Source: Thermodesulfobacteriota bacterium (lineage in GTDB: Bacteria > Desulfobacterota > WTBG01 > JAGOGO01). Taken from it: 32,000 nucleotides of DNA. The position numbers and the translations under genes were made by a program. Where the stretch lies: NCBI GenBank assembly GCA_026625185.1, contig CP113000.1, positions 2,652,651 to 2,684,650 on the forward strand. The letters are read 5' to 3'. The notes beneath the pieces are model-generated. The model searched no databases. It saw only the letters and a program-made list of their open reading frames with translations, and was not told where the DNA came from. Numbering within the stretch: the first letter of the stretch is position 1; the number at the start of each line of letters is the position of its first letter. This document shows positions 9,087-17,229 of this stretch, piece after piece.

Positions 9087-9796
9087 ACGCGGGAATGTTA
9101 GGTTATGAGGATGCTTGGTATCTGCAGAATGGACTAAAAAAGGCCAGGCAGGAAGAAAGGGTAGGAGATACCCTTATTTTGGTGCAGCACCCGCCCACGA
9201 TTACCCTCGGACGGAGAGGAAACGAGGATAACATTTTAGTCGAGGGGGATGCGCTTAAAAGACAGGGGATCGAAATTTTTGTCACCGACCGAGGAGGAGA
9301 TGTTACCTTCCATGGTCCAGGACAGTTAGTCGGTTATCCGATAATCAGTTTGAAGGAGCACGGACTTTCAGTTGGTCACTACCTGAGACGGTTGGAAGAC
9401 GTCATCTTACGTACCCTCTATGACCTGGGGATAATCGCAAAAAAAATTCCTCATACTATTGGGATTTGGGTAGGTGAGAAGAAGATTGCTTCTTTAGGGA
9501 TAAGAGTTACTCGAGGTGTTACATCCCATGGCTTCGCTTTAAACATCAATAATGACCTTAGACCGTTTGATTTCATTAATCCTTGTGGCATGAAAGGCCT
9601 CAAAGTTTCCTCCGTGCGGGAAGTTTTAGGAGAAGACGTTCATTGTAGTAATATTGAGAATATCTTAATCATGCATTTCAGCCGAGTTTTTCAGATAGAA
9701 ATTGTGAAAAGAACTGATTTTTGCTTTTTAAATATTTTTACTGGTAATATGGGACTTGATGTAGGGAATAAATTCAGAAGGAAACACCAATGTTGA
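9062..9796 (+). CDS. lipB: Octanoyl-[ACP]:protein N-octanoyltransferase (lipoyl transferase)
   Basis: LipB signatures are HPPTITLGRRG, RGGDVTFHGPGQLVGYPI, KIASLGIRV and NPCGM. The ORF track starts at 9011. The ATG at 9062 gives the usual short N-terminus before LWVINAGMLGYEDAWYLQ. The gene overlaps the lipA 3' end, and its stop overlaps the coaE start. Confidence 0.85.
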   Translation: MGKSLWVINAGMLGYEDAWYLQNGLKKARQEERVGDTLILVQHPPTITLGRRGNEDNILVEGDALKRQGIEIFVTDRGGDVTFHGPGQLVGYPIISLKEHGLSVGHYLRRLEDVILRTLYDLGIIAKKIPHTIGIWVGEKKIASLGIRVTRGVTSHGFALNINNDLRPFDFINPCGMKGLKVSSVREVLGEDVHCSNIENILIMHFSRVFQIEIVKRTDFCFLNIFTGNMGLDVGNKFRRKHQC

Positions 9797-10413
9797 TTGT
9801 GGGATTAACCGGAGGTATTGCGAGCGGAAAAACGACGATAGCTGATATGTTTAAAAAGGAGGGGGCGTATATTATTGACATTGATATGATCAGTCGTGAG
9901 GTAGTGAAACCAGGGAAACCTGCCTGGGGCGAGGTGGTGCATATTTTTGGAAAAGAAGTCTTAAATGAAGACCAAACACTTAATCGGAAAAAGGTAGGAG
10001 ATATTGTTTTCTCTGACGCGGAAAAAAGAAAAAAACTCGAAGACATTATTCATCCCGAAATAGCCAAGGAAAGATTAATCAAGATAAACGAGATTGCAAA
10101 AAAAAATGACCGGGCAATTGTAATAATCGATGTCCCCCTTTTGATTGAAACAAATAAACAAGATACGGTAGATAAAGTAGTGCTGGTTTACACCTCACCG
10201 CAAGGACAGGTTGAAAGGATGGTGAAAAGAGACGGCTTTAGTTTGGAAGAGGCGAACAATCGTCTTGCTGCTCAAATGCCGATTGAGAAGAAAAAAAAGT
10301 TCGCACATTTTATTATTACTAATGATGGGCCCTGCGAAAAAATACAAAAAGAGGTGAAAAAAATTTTTCGAGAGCTAAAAAAAGAGGAAGCTCAAAAGCG
10401 AAAAAAATTTTGA
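9790..10413 (+). CDS. coaE: Dephospho-CoA kinase
   Basis: 207 aa. The N-terminal P-loop is IVGLTGGIASGKTT, and the CoaE-like core runs IIDIDMISREVV...HPEI...IDVPLLIE. Confidence 0.9.
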   Translation: MLIVGLTGGIASGKTTIADMFKKEGAYIIDIDMISREVVKPGKPAWGEVVHIFGKEVLNEDQTLNRKKVGDIVFSDAEKRKKLEDIIHPEIAKERLIKINEIAKKNDRAIVIIDVPLLIETNKQDTVDKVVLVYTSPQGQVERMVKRDGFSLEEANNRLAAQMPIEKKKKFAHFIITNDGPCEKIQKEVKKIFRELKKEEAQKRKKF

Positions 10414-10516
10414 AAAAGAAAGATGTTGATTGCAGAATAAGGTGAATCGGATTTAAAATTTGGCAGACGTTAAAAAAGCGTTACTGTTATTGCTGATAAA
10501 CATTATAAAATAAAAG

Positions 10517-10542
10517 GCCGGGGAAATAATATTTTCCCCGGC
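10517..10542. terminator. Bidirectional intrinsic-terminator-like hairpin between the convergent coaE and pal'
   Basis: A 10-bp perfect stem gccggggaaa / tttccccggc has a 6-nt loop taatat. It is flanked by an A-run (ataaaa) on the left and T-rich sequence (ttatttat) on the right, and lies 19 nt past the pal' stop. Confidence 0.6.
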
Positions 10543-10560
10543 TTATTTATCATTTATTAA

Positions 10561-10746
10561 TTAACCCTTTTCCTGTATTGGCTCCACTGGCGCAGGAGGT
10601 GGTGGGGCTTCTGGTTCTGGTGCCGGTGCCGGTGCGACTACTTCGGGCGCGGGAGCTGGAGCGACCTCTTTTTTAGGGCAAGCACAGCCATAAGAAAACA
10701 GCCCTATAAATAGGGGAAGAATTAATAAAACAATAAGTTTTTTCAT
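10561..10746 (-). CDS. Small Pro/Ala-rich lipoprotein (pal'), a truncated paralogue of the Pal N-terminus without an OmpA domain
   Basis: 61 aa. The signal peptide plus lipobox-like region is LFSYG-C, followed by CACPKKE and an AP/EP-rich tail. The RBS gaaaggagga is identical to that of pal. The first ~85 nt of the CDS align by eye with pal at roughly 70% identity. A similar GCCGGGGA...TCCCCGGC hairpin lies downstream. Confidence 0.6.
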   Translation of the reverse strand: MKKLIVLLILPLFIGLFSYGCACPKKEVAPAPAPEVVAPAPAPEPEAPPPPAPVEPIQEKG

Positions 10747-11006
10747 AAGTTTTCCTCCTTTCGTTTAACGCATTAATAATTTAATTATTATTTATGGATA
10801 GTTATGCTAAATTTGGAGACCAGGAAAAGCTGTAAATTGTTCATCTCCTGGTTAGTTTTTTTCATCCGTTCCATTAGCTAACATCCTTTTAATAAAGATT
10901 AGTTTCAATTTAGGTAAAAGTCAAGAAAATTTCAAAAATTTATTGGATAAGCGGTTCTTAATTGAATTTTTAGTTAATGTTGACGCAAATGCACAAACTA
11001 ATTAGT

Positions 11007-11243
11007 TCATCCTAAAAAATACGTTCTTTTGATGGAAATTGTTCTTTGAAAACCGGATAGAATTGTGAAATAGGGACCTACTTGTCTGCCGACCGGCAGG
11101 CTATAGTGCTTTTCCAATGCCTCATGCAAACTGTCCCGGTCAATAAGATTGGCAGCACGCATGAGCTCGTGGTGAGAATCTAATCGATCCGAAAAGATTA
11201 ACTCAAACATAGTAAGTTGCCTTTCCGGTAATTTGATTGACAT
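11007..11243 (-). mobile_element. Remnant of an IS5-family (DUF772-type N-terminus) transposase gene
   Basis: The 78-aa ORF contains FELIFSDRLDSHHELMRAANLIDRDSLHEALEKHYSLPVGRQ. This matches the conserved N-terminal pattern dLFxSRLdxxxxxxHpLxxLAxxIDWxxLexxfxxxYsxxGRP. The remainder of the ~450-aa transposase is absent, and I identified no terminal inverted repeats. Confidence 0.55.
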
Positions 11244-11406
11244 TTCAATTTGTTATATCATGAAATCACCAGAAAAACCGGAGGGTTTTTTGCAATTCTA
11301 TTCAATTTTCAAAGAGCCGCTCAGTATTAATAAGGCTTTTAAAGCCTAATTTTCAGGGGGAACTTTTTATATTGGGTCGAGCTGGTCACCTTGTGGAACA
11401 TCATTA

Positions 11407-13128
11407 TTAGCCTCCCTGGGCACCCATGTTCTGCGCTCCGACCATTTTTTTGGTGGGCAAGGGTGATCGCATCGCCACCAAGAGGAGCGCGTCCCAACTG
11501 TAGACATCCGGCCGGAACTGGATCGTACCGTCACCATCTGTCCAGACAGTCCAATAAACCAAGTAGATCGGTATTTTTTCCGGGAGCACCACACTGCTTG
11601 GGACCTTTTTCCCTAATTCGCGTAAAAACGCGCTAGGATTCCCACGCGGATCTCCCCGGAGCAGATACACGGCAAGATCAATCGGTTGCTCAATTCGGAT
11701 ACAACCATGGCTGAAGGTCCTTTGTGGTTTCTCGAATAAATGGCGACCTGGCGTGTCGTGAAGATACACATCGAATTTATTGGGGAAAATTAACTTGACG
11801 CGTCCCATGCCATTGAACGGCCCTGGGTCTTGGCGCAGACGGTAAGGGAAGTTATCTGGAGTAATTGACGACCAATTGACCGTCTCGGGAGCGACTTCAC
11901 GGGCATCCGCTCCAGAATCCATTAACAGATGAAAGTTTTGTCGGGTCAGATAAGATGAATCGCTCTTGATACGCGGAAGCATTTCATACACCGCCATGTC
12001 GCGGGGAACGTTCCAGTAAGGATTGATAAACATATACTCCATCGTGGCGTTTAAAATCGGTGTGGGGTCCTTAATTGTCCCGACCACAATCCGCATACCC
12101 AGCACAAGTGAATCATCCTCATGAACTTCAAGTTTGAATGCCGGGATGTTCACGAGGATATAACGTCGTCCCAAGTCCTGCGGTAGCCAGCGCCAGCGCT
12201 CGAGATTCAACTCCAACTGTTCAATGCGGCGTTCAACGCTTACATTGAGCTCATCGCGGGTCGATGCGTCCATTGTGCCAGATTGAATCAGACCATGGCA
12301 ACGCTGGAACCGTTTCAAGGCCTGCTCGAGTGACAAGTCGAACAAGTCGGGGTCCCCTTCTTTTGCCACATCAAGGTCGCCGCCAAGGCCTAACCGTTTG
12401 CGGAGCGTTGCCACTCGCTCGCCATGATCACCCTTCTTCATGGTCTGGCCGTCTGGGATTGTGGGCCATCCTCCCAGTGATGCCAACTCACGGTAGTGCG
12501 CCAAAGTCTCACTCAAACGTCGATAGCCTATCTGAGCTGGGGCCAACGTCGTCAGTGTGCTATTGAGCTGACCCGAGGTTAGTGCGCCCTCCAACACAGT
12601 GGCAAAATCGATGGTTTTCTTATTTGCTATCCATTTTGGATTAATTGTTTCGGGGTTCACTTTTCCGAATAGCAGATGGGACCCGTAAACCAGAAAAGCG
12701 TCCGTAAGCAAGAGGTCAAATTCCGCAAATCGGTCGGGAGCTACCACAAAGCCTTTTTGGATGTCCGAGTGGATTGCCGCGAGGAGATTTTCGATAGCAC
12801 TGAGGTGGTAGTCTTCCGGGCGCAATCCCTCGAGATCCGCTCTCCTTATGGCTTTCACTAGGTCGTCGACCAGCCGGGTTGGTCTGCGACTGTCGTTCCA
12901 CGCCGGGTGATAGAGGCGCCGGCCGTAGAAATCGGTGAGCGCCGCTCGTGCGTATATCGAGTCGCCCCCTGCACGGAGATTGCCGGCCTTGATACGATTA
13001 AAAATTTGTTCCCCTACCGGCGTTTTTTGGGCTTTGAAATTCTGGTCAACCTTCTTGGTACAGGCCATAAACAAAACAATGAAGACCAAAGTAACCGACC
13101 AGCAAAACGACACTTTTTTAACGTTCAT
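11407..13128 (-). CDS. L,D-transpeptidase, YcbB/LdtD-like (PG-binding domain plus YkuD catalytic domain)
   Basis: About 573 aa. The N-terminal signal sequence is MNVKKVSFCWSVTLVFIVLFMAC, and the PG_binding_1-like segment is VATLRKRLGLGGDL...LEQALKRFQRCHGL. The YkuD active site is YLHDTPGRHLFEKPQRTFSHGCIRIEQP. The ORF track starts at a GTG at 13149; I prefer the ATG at 13128. G+C is markedly higher than in the neighbouring genes. Confidence 0.85.
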   Translation of the reverse strand: MNVKKVSFCWSVTLVFIVLFMACTKKVDQNFKAQKTPVGEQIFNRIKAGNLRAGGDSIYARAALTDFYGRRLYHPAWNDSRRPTRLVDDLVKAIRRADLEGLRPEDYHLSAIENLLAAIHSDIQKGFVVAPDRFAEFDLLLTDAFLVYGSHLLFGKVNPETINPKWIANKKTIDFATVLEGALTSGQLNSTLTTLAPAQIGYRRLSETLAHYRELASLGGWPTIPDGQTMKKGDHGERVATLRKRLGLGGDLDVAKEGDPDLFDLSLEQALKRFQRCHGLIQSGTMDASTRDELNVSVERRIEQLELNLERWRWLPQDLGRRYILVNIPAFKLEVHEDDSLVLGMRIVVGTIKDPTPILNATMEYMFINPYWNVPRDMAVYEMLPRIKSDSSYLTRQNFHLLMDSGADAREVAPETVNWSSITPDNFPYRLRQDPGPFNGMGRVKLIFPNKFDVYLHDTPGRHLFEKPQRTFSHGCIRIEQPIDLAVYLLRGDPRGNPSAFLRELGKKVPSSVVLPEKIPIYLVYWTVWTDGDGTIQFRPDVYSWDALLLVAMRSPLPTKKMVGAQNMGAQGG

Positions 13129-13262
13129 TGAATTATACCGGCAATTCACTTTTTTTCTATGCTCATTAATTTAGAAGCCTTTTCCCTGGAACAATCCCGG
13201 AATTTTTTACGGGGTGTTTTAGCTAGACAACATTGGTTATTGAAATAAAACCACACGAAGTT

Positions 13263-14012
13263 CTACCATAACCCTTCAAGTTCTTTGCGTGCCGTGTCTG
13301 ACTGGGGGGTGTTTGGATATTTATCAATTACCCGCTGAAGGATAATCCGCGCATTGTCTTTATCTCCCAGGATTTTAAAGCAAATACCTTGTCTTATTAA
13401 AGCATCCGGCACTTTATTTCCCTGAGGATATTTTTTAACCACATCCTCAAAACCAAGAATAGCTTCTTCTGTTTTTCCCTCTTTAAAATAGGATTCTCCG
13501 ATCCAGAATTGAGCATTATCCGAGTATTCCGTCTGAGGAAATTGCTGAAGAAATTTCACAAAAGCAGACCGGGATTCAGGATAGCGACCATCTTGAAAAA
13601 TTCTGTAAGCATCATTATAGACTTCTTCAGCATCCAAAGAAGGTGCTGATGGAGTACTGGGAGGGGTAACCTCAGTGGTGGGCGGTGGACTCGAAGTTAC
13701 GCCTATTGATGTATTTTTTTCCACAGAACCAATAAGTGTCCTTATGTCCTTCATATATTTATCTACCGAATGCTGATTTTCATCAACCCGACCCCTTAAG
13801 TCTTGCAGGTTGTTTTGCATTTCATCAACCTGCACCGATAAATCTGCTACCTCTTTTCGTAAATCTTGCAAACTTTGGGTTTCTTTTTTAAGCGAGGTAA
13901 CGTCAGATTCCAAGGTAGCGATATCCGAGTTCATCTGGTCTATGGATGCGCAGGCGCTGAAACCCAGTAACGTTATGGCCAGCATAAATAAACGTAGGTT
14001 TGTCTGTTTCAT
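13263..14012 (-). CDS. cpoB: Tol-Pal system protein CpoB (YbgF)
   Basis: 249 aa. It has a signal peptide, an N-terminal coiled coil (LESDVTSLKKETQSLQDLRKEVADLSVQVDEMQNNLQDLRGRV) and a C-terminal TPR block (YNDAYRIFQDGRY...FPQTEYSDNAQFWIGESYF...KYPQGNKVPDALIRQG). It lies immediately downstream of pal. Confidence 0.88.
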   Translation of the reverse strand: MKQTNLRLFMLAITLLGFSACASIDQMNSDIATLESDVTSLKKETQSLQDLRKEVADLSVQVDEMQNNLQDLRGRVDENQHSVDKYMKDIRTLIGSVEKNTSIGVTSSPPPTTEVTPPSTPSAPSLDAEEVYNDAYRIFQDGRYPESRSAFVKFLQQFPQTEYSDNAQFWIGESYFKEGKTEEAILGFEDVVKKYPQGNKVPDALIRQGICFKILGDKDNARIILQRVIDKYPNTPQSDTARKELEGLW

Positions 14013-14046
14013 AGGAATAATGTAATAATTTAAAATGTTGGTAACA

Positions 14047-14073
14047 GCCGGGGAGAATATTATCCTCCCCGGC
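14047..14073 (-). terminator. Intra-operon hairpin between pal and cpoB (possible attenuating terminator or RNA stabiliser)
   Basis: A 9-bp perfect stem gccggggag / ctccccggc has a 9-nt loop and lies 12 nt past the pal stop. No immediate U-run follows on the minus strand, so terminator function is uncertain. The stem sequence resembles the hairpin at 10517-10542. Confidence 0.35.
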
Positions 14074-14084
14074 GCATACTGTTC

Positions 14085-14579
14085 TTATTCTACTACTTTA
14101 AAATCATCTCGCCGATTTTTTGACCAGCATGCATCATTGTGTTCGGTACATAAAGGTTTTTCTTTACCATAACTGATAGTAGAAAGGCGATCGGCAGTGA
14201 CCCCTAATTTGATTAAGTACTGTTTTGCAATGTTAGCCCGGCGTTCCCCTAAAGCCACATTATATTCGATAGTGCCGCGCTCATCACAATTGCCTTCGAT
14301 CCGGATTTTGGCAGTGGAATTTTTGGAGAGCCAATCCGCATTTTTACCGAGGGTTGCCGTAGCATCTGGTTTCAAATTGGACTTATCAAAGTCAAAATAA
14401 ATCGGGTCTAATGAAACAGCAGGTTCTGTGACGGGGGGCGGCACCTCTTCTTTTGCCTCAGGTGGGGCTGCAACTGTTTCCGCGGGCGGTTCTACGGCCT
14501 TTTTTTTAGGGCAACAACAACCTGAAAAAACCAGCCCCAAGAAGAACGGAAGGATTAATAAAAAAATAAACTTTTTCAT
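14085..14579 (-). CDS. pal: Peptidoglycan-associated lipoprotein Pal (OmpA-like domain)
   Basis: 164 aa. The signal peptide plus lipobox is LVFSG-C, followed by a Pro-rich linker. The OmpA_C-like domain reads IYFDFDKSNLKP...IEGNCDERGTIEYNVALGERRA. The gene lies downstream of tolB. Confidence 0.92.
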   Translation of the reverse strand: MKKFIFLLILPFFLGLVFSGCCCPKKKAVEPPAETVAAPPEAKEEVPPPVTEPAVSLDPIYFDFDKSNLKPDATATLGKNADWLSKNSTAKIRIEGNCDERGTIEYNVALGERRANIAKQYLIKLGVTADRLSTISYGKEKPLCTEHNDACWSKNRRDDFKVVE

Positions 14580-14618
14580 AGCGTTCCTCCTTTCTTTTAA
14601 ATCAATTTGATAGAAAAA

Positions 14619-15935
14619 TTATGGCAATGATGGAGACCATGAAGGACTGTAATTGGTCCCTCCCTTGGTGAGCTGCTTTACTTTTGTCCCGTTGGCTAAC
14701 ATTGCATATAAATTTTTACCACCAACTCGAGTAGAACTAAATACAATATGTAAACCATCAGAAGACCATTTGGGTGACTCATTACTTCCTTCGCTGGTTA
14801 GCTGAATGTTTCCGGTGCCGTCAGGATTGATTGTACATATTTGAAAGCTTCCCCTCTGTGTTGAATAAACAATTTTGTCTCCTCTCGGGCTCCAATCCGG
14901 CTCGCTGTTATATTGGCCCTCGAATGTGATTCGTTGGACATTTCCCCCATAACCGTCCATCGTATATATTTGAGGGCTTCCCCCTCGGTCGGAGACAAAA
15001 GCGATTTTTTGTCCATCCGGAGACCAGGTTGGTGATACATCAATGCCCCGATCATTGGTAAGCCTTCTAATCGCCTTTCCTTGTCGATCCATAACATATA
15101 TTTCCGGGTTACCGTCTTTTTTCAATGTTAAAGCGATTTCAGTCCCATCCGGAGACCAAGCAGGAGAAATATTCAAATCCAGCCGGTAGGGGGAAGCAAC
15201 ATATTCCTTGCGGGTAACTACATCTTTTATTATCAAGTTAGGACTTCCGCCCTTATAGGAGGTAAAGGCGATCCAATTCCCATCCGGAGACCATCGGGGA
15301 GAAAGCGTAACCGTCCCGTGATATGAAAAACGTCTTCCATTATAGCCGTCGTAATCCATGGTATAGACTTCTTTTTGTTTGCCTTCGGCTTTAACAAAGG
15401 CAATTTGGGTTTCGAAAATTCCTGGTTCACCGGTTAATTCTGTGTAGATTTGGTTAGAAAATTTATGGGCAATCTTCCTTATTGCCTCTTTAGTGCCTAT
15501 ATAACGGCGACCAATGCGAAAGCTGGGCGGATTGACATCGAAGAGTCTGGCCTCAATGGTAATCTGATTTCCTTGCTGGCTGAATCCTCCTTTTACTAAA
15601 GATTGGGCGCCAATAACTGACCAGCTTTGGAAATCGATATCTTTCTCGGTTATCCCCGATCCCTGATGGTTTTCCAGAAAACTCGCGGGGTCTAAAATTT
15701 TAAAGAGACCGGTAAAATCAAGGTCATTGGAAATAATCTCTGCCATCTGTTTAGAGACATTATTGATATCGGATTTGCCGTCTAAGCTTTTGAAATCCAC
15801 GATCGCGATGGGGTACACTGCTTTTGGCGGCCAAACAGTAATATATGTTCTTCCTGAATCTTGAGAGAATCCTCCTCCGGGGAACAAAAAAATATAAACA
15901 AATAAGCCTACCAGTATTTTAAACAGGATTTTCAT
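14619..15935 (-). CDS. tolB: Tol-Pal system beta-propeller protein TolB
   Basis: 438 aa. It has a signal peptide, a TolB N-terminal domain and repeated WD40-like blades (SPxWSPDGxxIAFxS...G.PxIY). Confidence 0.92.
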   Translation of the reverse strand: MKILFKILVGLFVYIFLFPGGGFSQDSGRTYITVWPPKAVYPIAIVDFKSLDGKSDINNVSKQMAEIISNDLDFTGLFKILDPASFLENHQGSGITEKDIDFQSWSVIGAQSLVKGGFSQQGNQITIEARLFDVNPPSFRIGRRYIGTKEAIRKIAHKFSNQIYTELTGEPGIFETQIAFVKAEGKQKEVYTMDYDGYNGRRFSYHGTVTLSPRWSPDGNWIAFTSYKGGSPNLIIKDVVTRKEYVASPYRLDLNISPAWSPDGTEIALTLKKDGNPEIYVMDRQGKAIRRLTNDRGIDVSPTWSPDGQKIAFVSDRGGSPQIYTMDGYGGNVQRITFEGQYNSEPDWSPRGDKIVYSTQRGSFQICTINPDGTGNIQLTSEGSNESPKWSSDGLHIVFSSTRVGGKNLYAMLANGTKVKQLTKGGTNYSPSWSPSLP

Positions 15936-15936
15936 G

Positions 15937-16749
15937 TTAAGAATTTACCTCCGATTTGGTGAATTTAATACCCATCTCAAAATATGATCCGCGATAGACT
16001 TCCGGTAACGGGGGAAAAGAGGTGACTTGAATTTTCTGGATTGCTTTAACAGCAAAGCCATCATAAACGGGATTACCTGAACTTTGTTCAGTAGCTTGCA
16101 GGCTAACCTTCCCTTCACGGTCGATTCTGATATCGATGATGGTTAATAAGCCTTGCTTGATAGCTTGTTCTTCTAATAAAGGTGGTAAAAACCAGGCTTC
16201 CGCGATCCGGTCTAACACGATGCTAATGTATACTTGCATTTCGGTCGCTTCAATGCCTCCTCCTCCATGAGCAACTCCAACACCGACTCCTCCAGCAGCT
16301 CCTCCAGTCCCCGCAGTAGCCGCTTCCTGTTGTGCTCCGCCAACCCTTTCTCTGATGTCTTCGATTGCCTGGTCGTGTTGCTCCTGAGCCCGGGAGTCAT
16401 TCGTCTCTTTTGGGGTTGTTGCGGTTTTAGGTTCGGTCTTGGAAATTTCGATTGGTTTTGTCTCAACCTTTTTTTGAATCAGCTCTGGTTTTTTTACGGC
16501 CACATTTACCCGCGCTTTAGGGACCGTCACTGGTTTTAACGTGGATTTGCCACCTCCGCCTAATTCTCCCGGCCCGACAAGAGCAACGGTAGTATATTGA
16601 GGGATAATACTTATTGTAGGCCTTGAGGAAAGGTTAGGAAGGAACACAAAAAGAAAGAGGGTAAGGAAATGGAAAAAACCGGAAAGGACCACCATTTTTA
16701 TCAGTTTGGTTTCATCCAAAAAGTTATTATTCCCCAAAACTTTGACCAT
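15937..16749 (-). CDS. tolA: TolA (TonB/TolA-family energy-transducing envelope protein)
   Basis: 270 aa. It has an N-terminal TM helix, a Lys/Pro/Glu-rich and Gly-rich spacer and a C-terminal TonB_C/TolA-like domain. It sits between tolR and tolB, and its start overlaps the tolR stop (TAATG). Confidence 0.75.
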   Translation of the reverse strand: MVKVLGNNNFLDETKLIKMVVLSGFFHFLTLFLFVFLPNLSSRPTISIIPQYTTVALVGPGELGGGGKSTLKPVTVPKARVNVAVKKPELIQKKVETKPIEISKTEPKTATTPKETNDSRAQEQHDQAIEDIRERVGGAQQEAATAGTGGAAGGVGVGVAHGGGGIEATEMQVYISIVLDRIAEAWFLPPLLEEQAIKQGLLTIIDIRIDREGKVSLQATEQSSGNPVYDGFAVKAIQKIQVTSFPPLPEVYRGSYFEMGIKFTKSEVNS

Positions 16750-17171
16750 TATTTCCCTTTTTCCTCCAGAGGCAGAGTGATCATCCCTAATTTTTCATAG
16801 CCGGCATCTTTAATCTCAGCCATAACCTCCATAACAAACCCATAAGGAACTGTTTTATCTGCCTTAAGATAAATTTCCTTATCGGCTCGGCCTTGGGAAA
16901 TGAATTCCAGTTTTGATTTTAACCGGTCAAGGGTAAACTCATAGTCCAGAATTTCTATTTTTTTATCTTTTGAAATGGTAACAATGAGGGGCTTTTCATT
17001 GGTTTGAATAGTTTTTGCCTTGACTTGCGGAAGGTCTACATCAAAACCTGACTGCATCATGGGGGCGGTAACCATGAAAATAACCAGCAAAACCAGCATA
17101 ACATCCACAAATGGGGTGACATTGATTTCAGAAAGCATCCGATGGTCATTTTTATTACCGTTAACATTCAT
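16749..17171 (-). CDS. tolR: TolR (ExbD/TolR-family biopolymer transport protein)
   Basis: 140 aa. The ExbD signature reads EINVTPFVDVMLVLLVIFMVTAP...VDLP, and the gene lies downstream of tolQ. Confidence 0.88.
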   Translation of the reverse strand: MNVNGNKNDHRMLSEINVTPFVDVMLVLLVIFMVTAPMMQSGFDVDLPQVKAKTIQTNEKPLIVTISKDKKIEILDYEFTLDRLKSKLEFISQGRADKEIYLKADKTVPYGFVMEVMAEIKDAGYEKLGMITLPLEEKGK

Positions 17172-17229
17172 GACATGCTTGAAAAAATAATTGGCTATAT
17201 TTTATTAAATATTGGACTCAGTTCTTTAC

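Noticed and set aside
10819-10862. A terminator-like hairpin (accagga / tcctggt) followed by a T7 run on the plus strand.
   Set aside because: The stem is only 7 bp with a ~20-nt loop. No plus-strand gene ends nearby, since coaE already has the strong hairpin at 10517-10542. It is probably fortuitous or a relic.
11367-13174. Several 60-100-aa ORFs on both strands overlapping the L,D-transpeptidase gene (for example 11391-11636, 12264-12566, 12716-12901, 12907-13174).
   Set aside because: The locally high G+C depletes stop codons in the other frames. The translations are Arg/Pro/Ser-rich with no motifs, and the 580-aa frame carries clear YkuD and PG-binding signatures.
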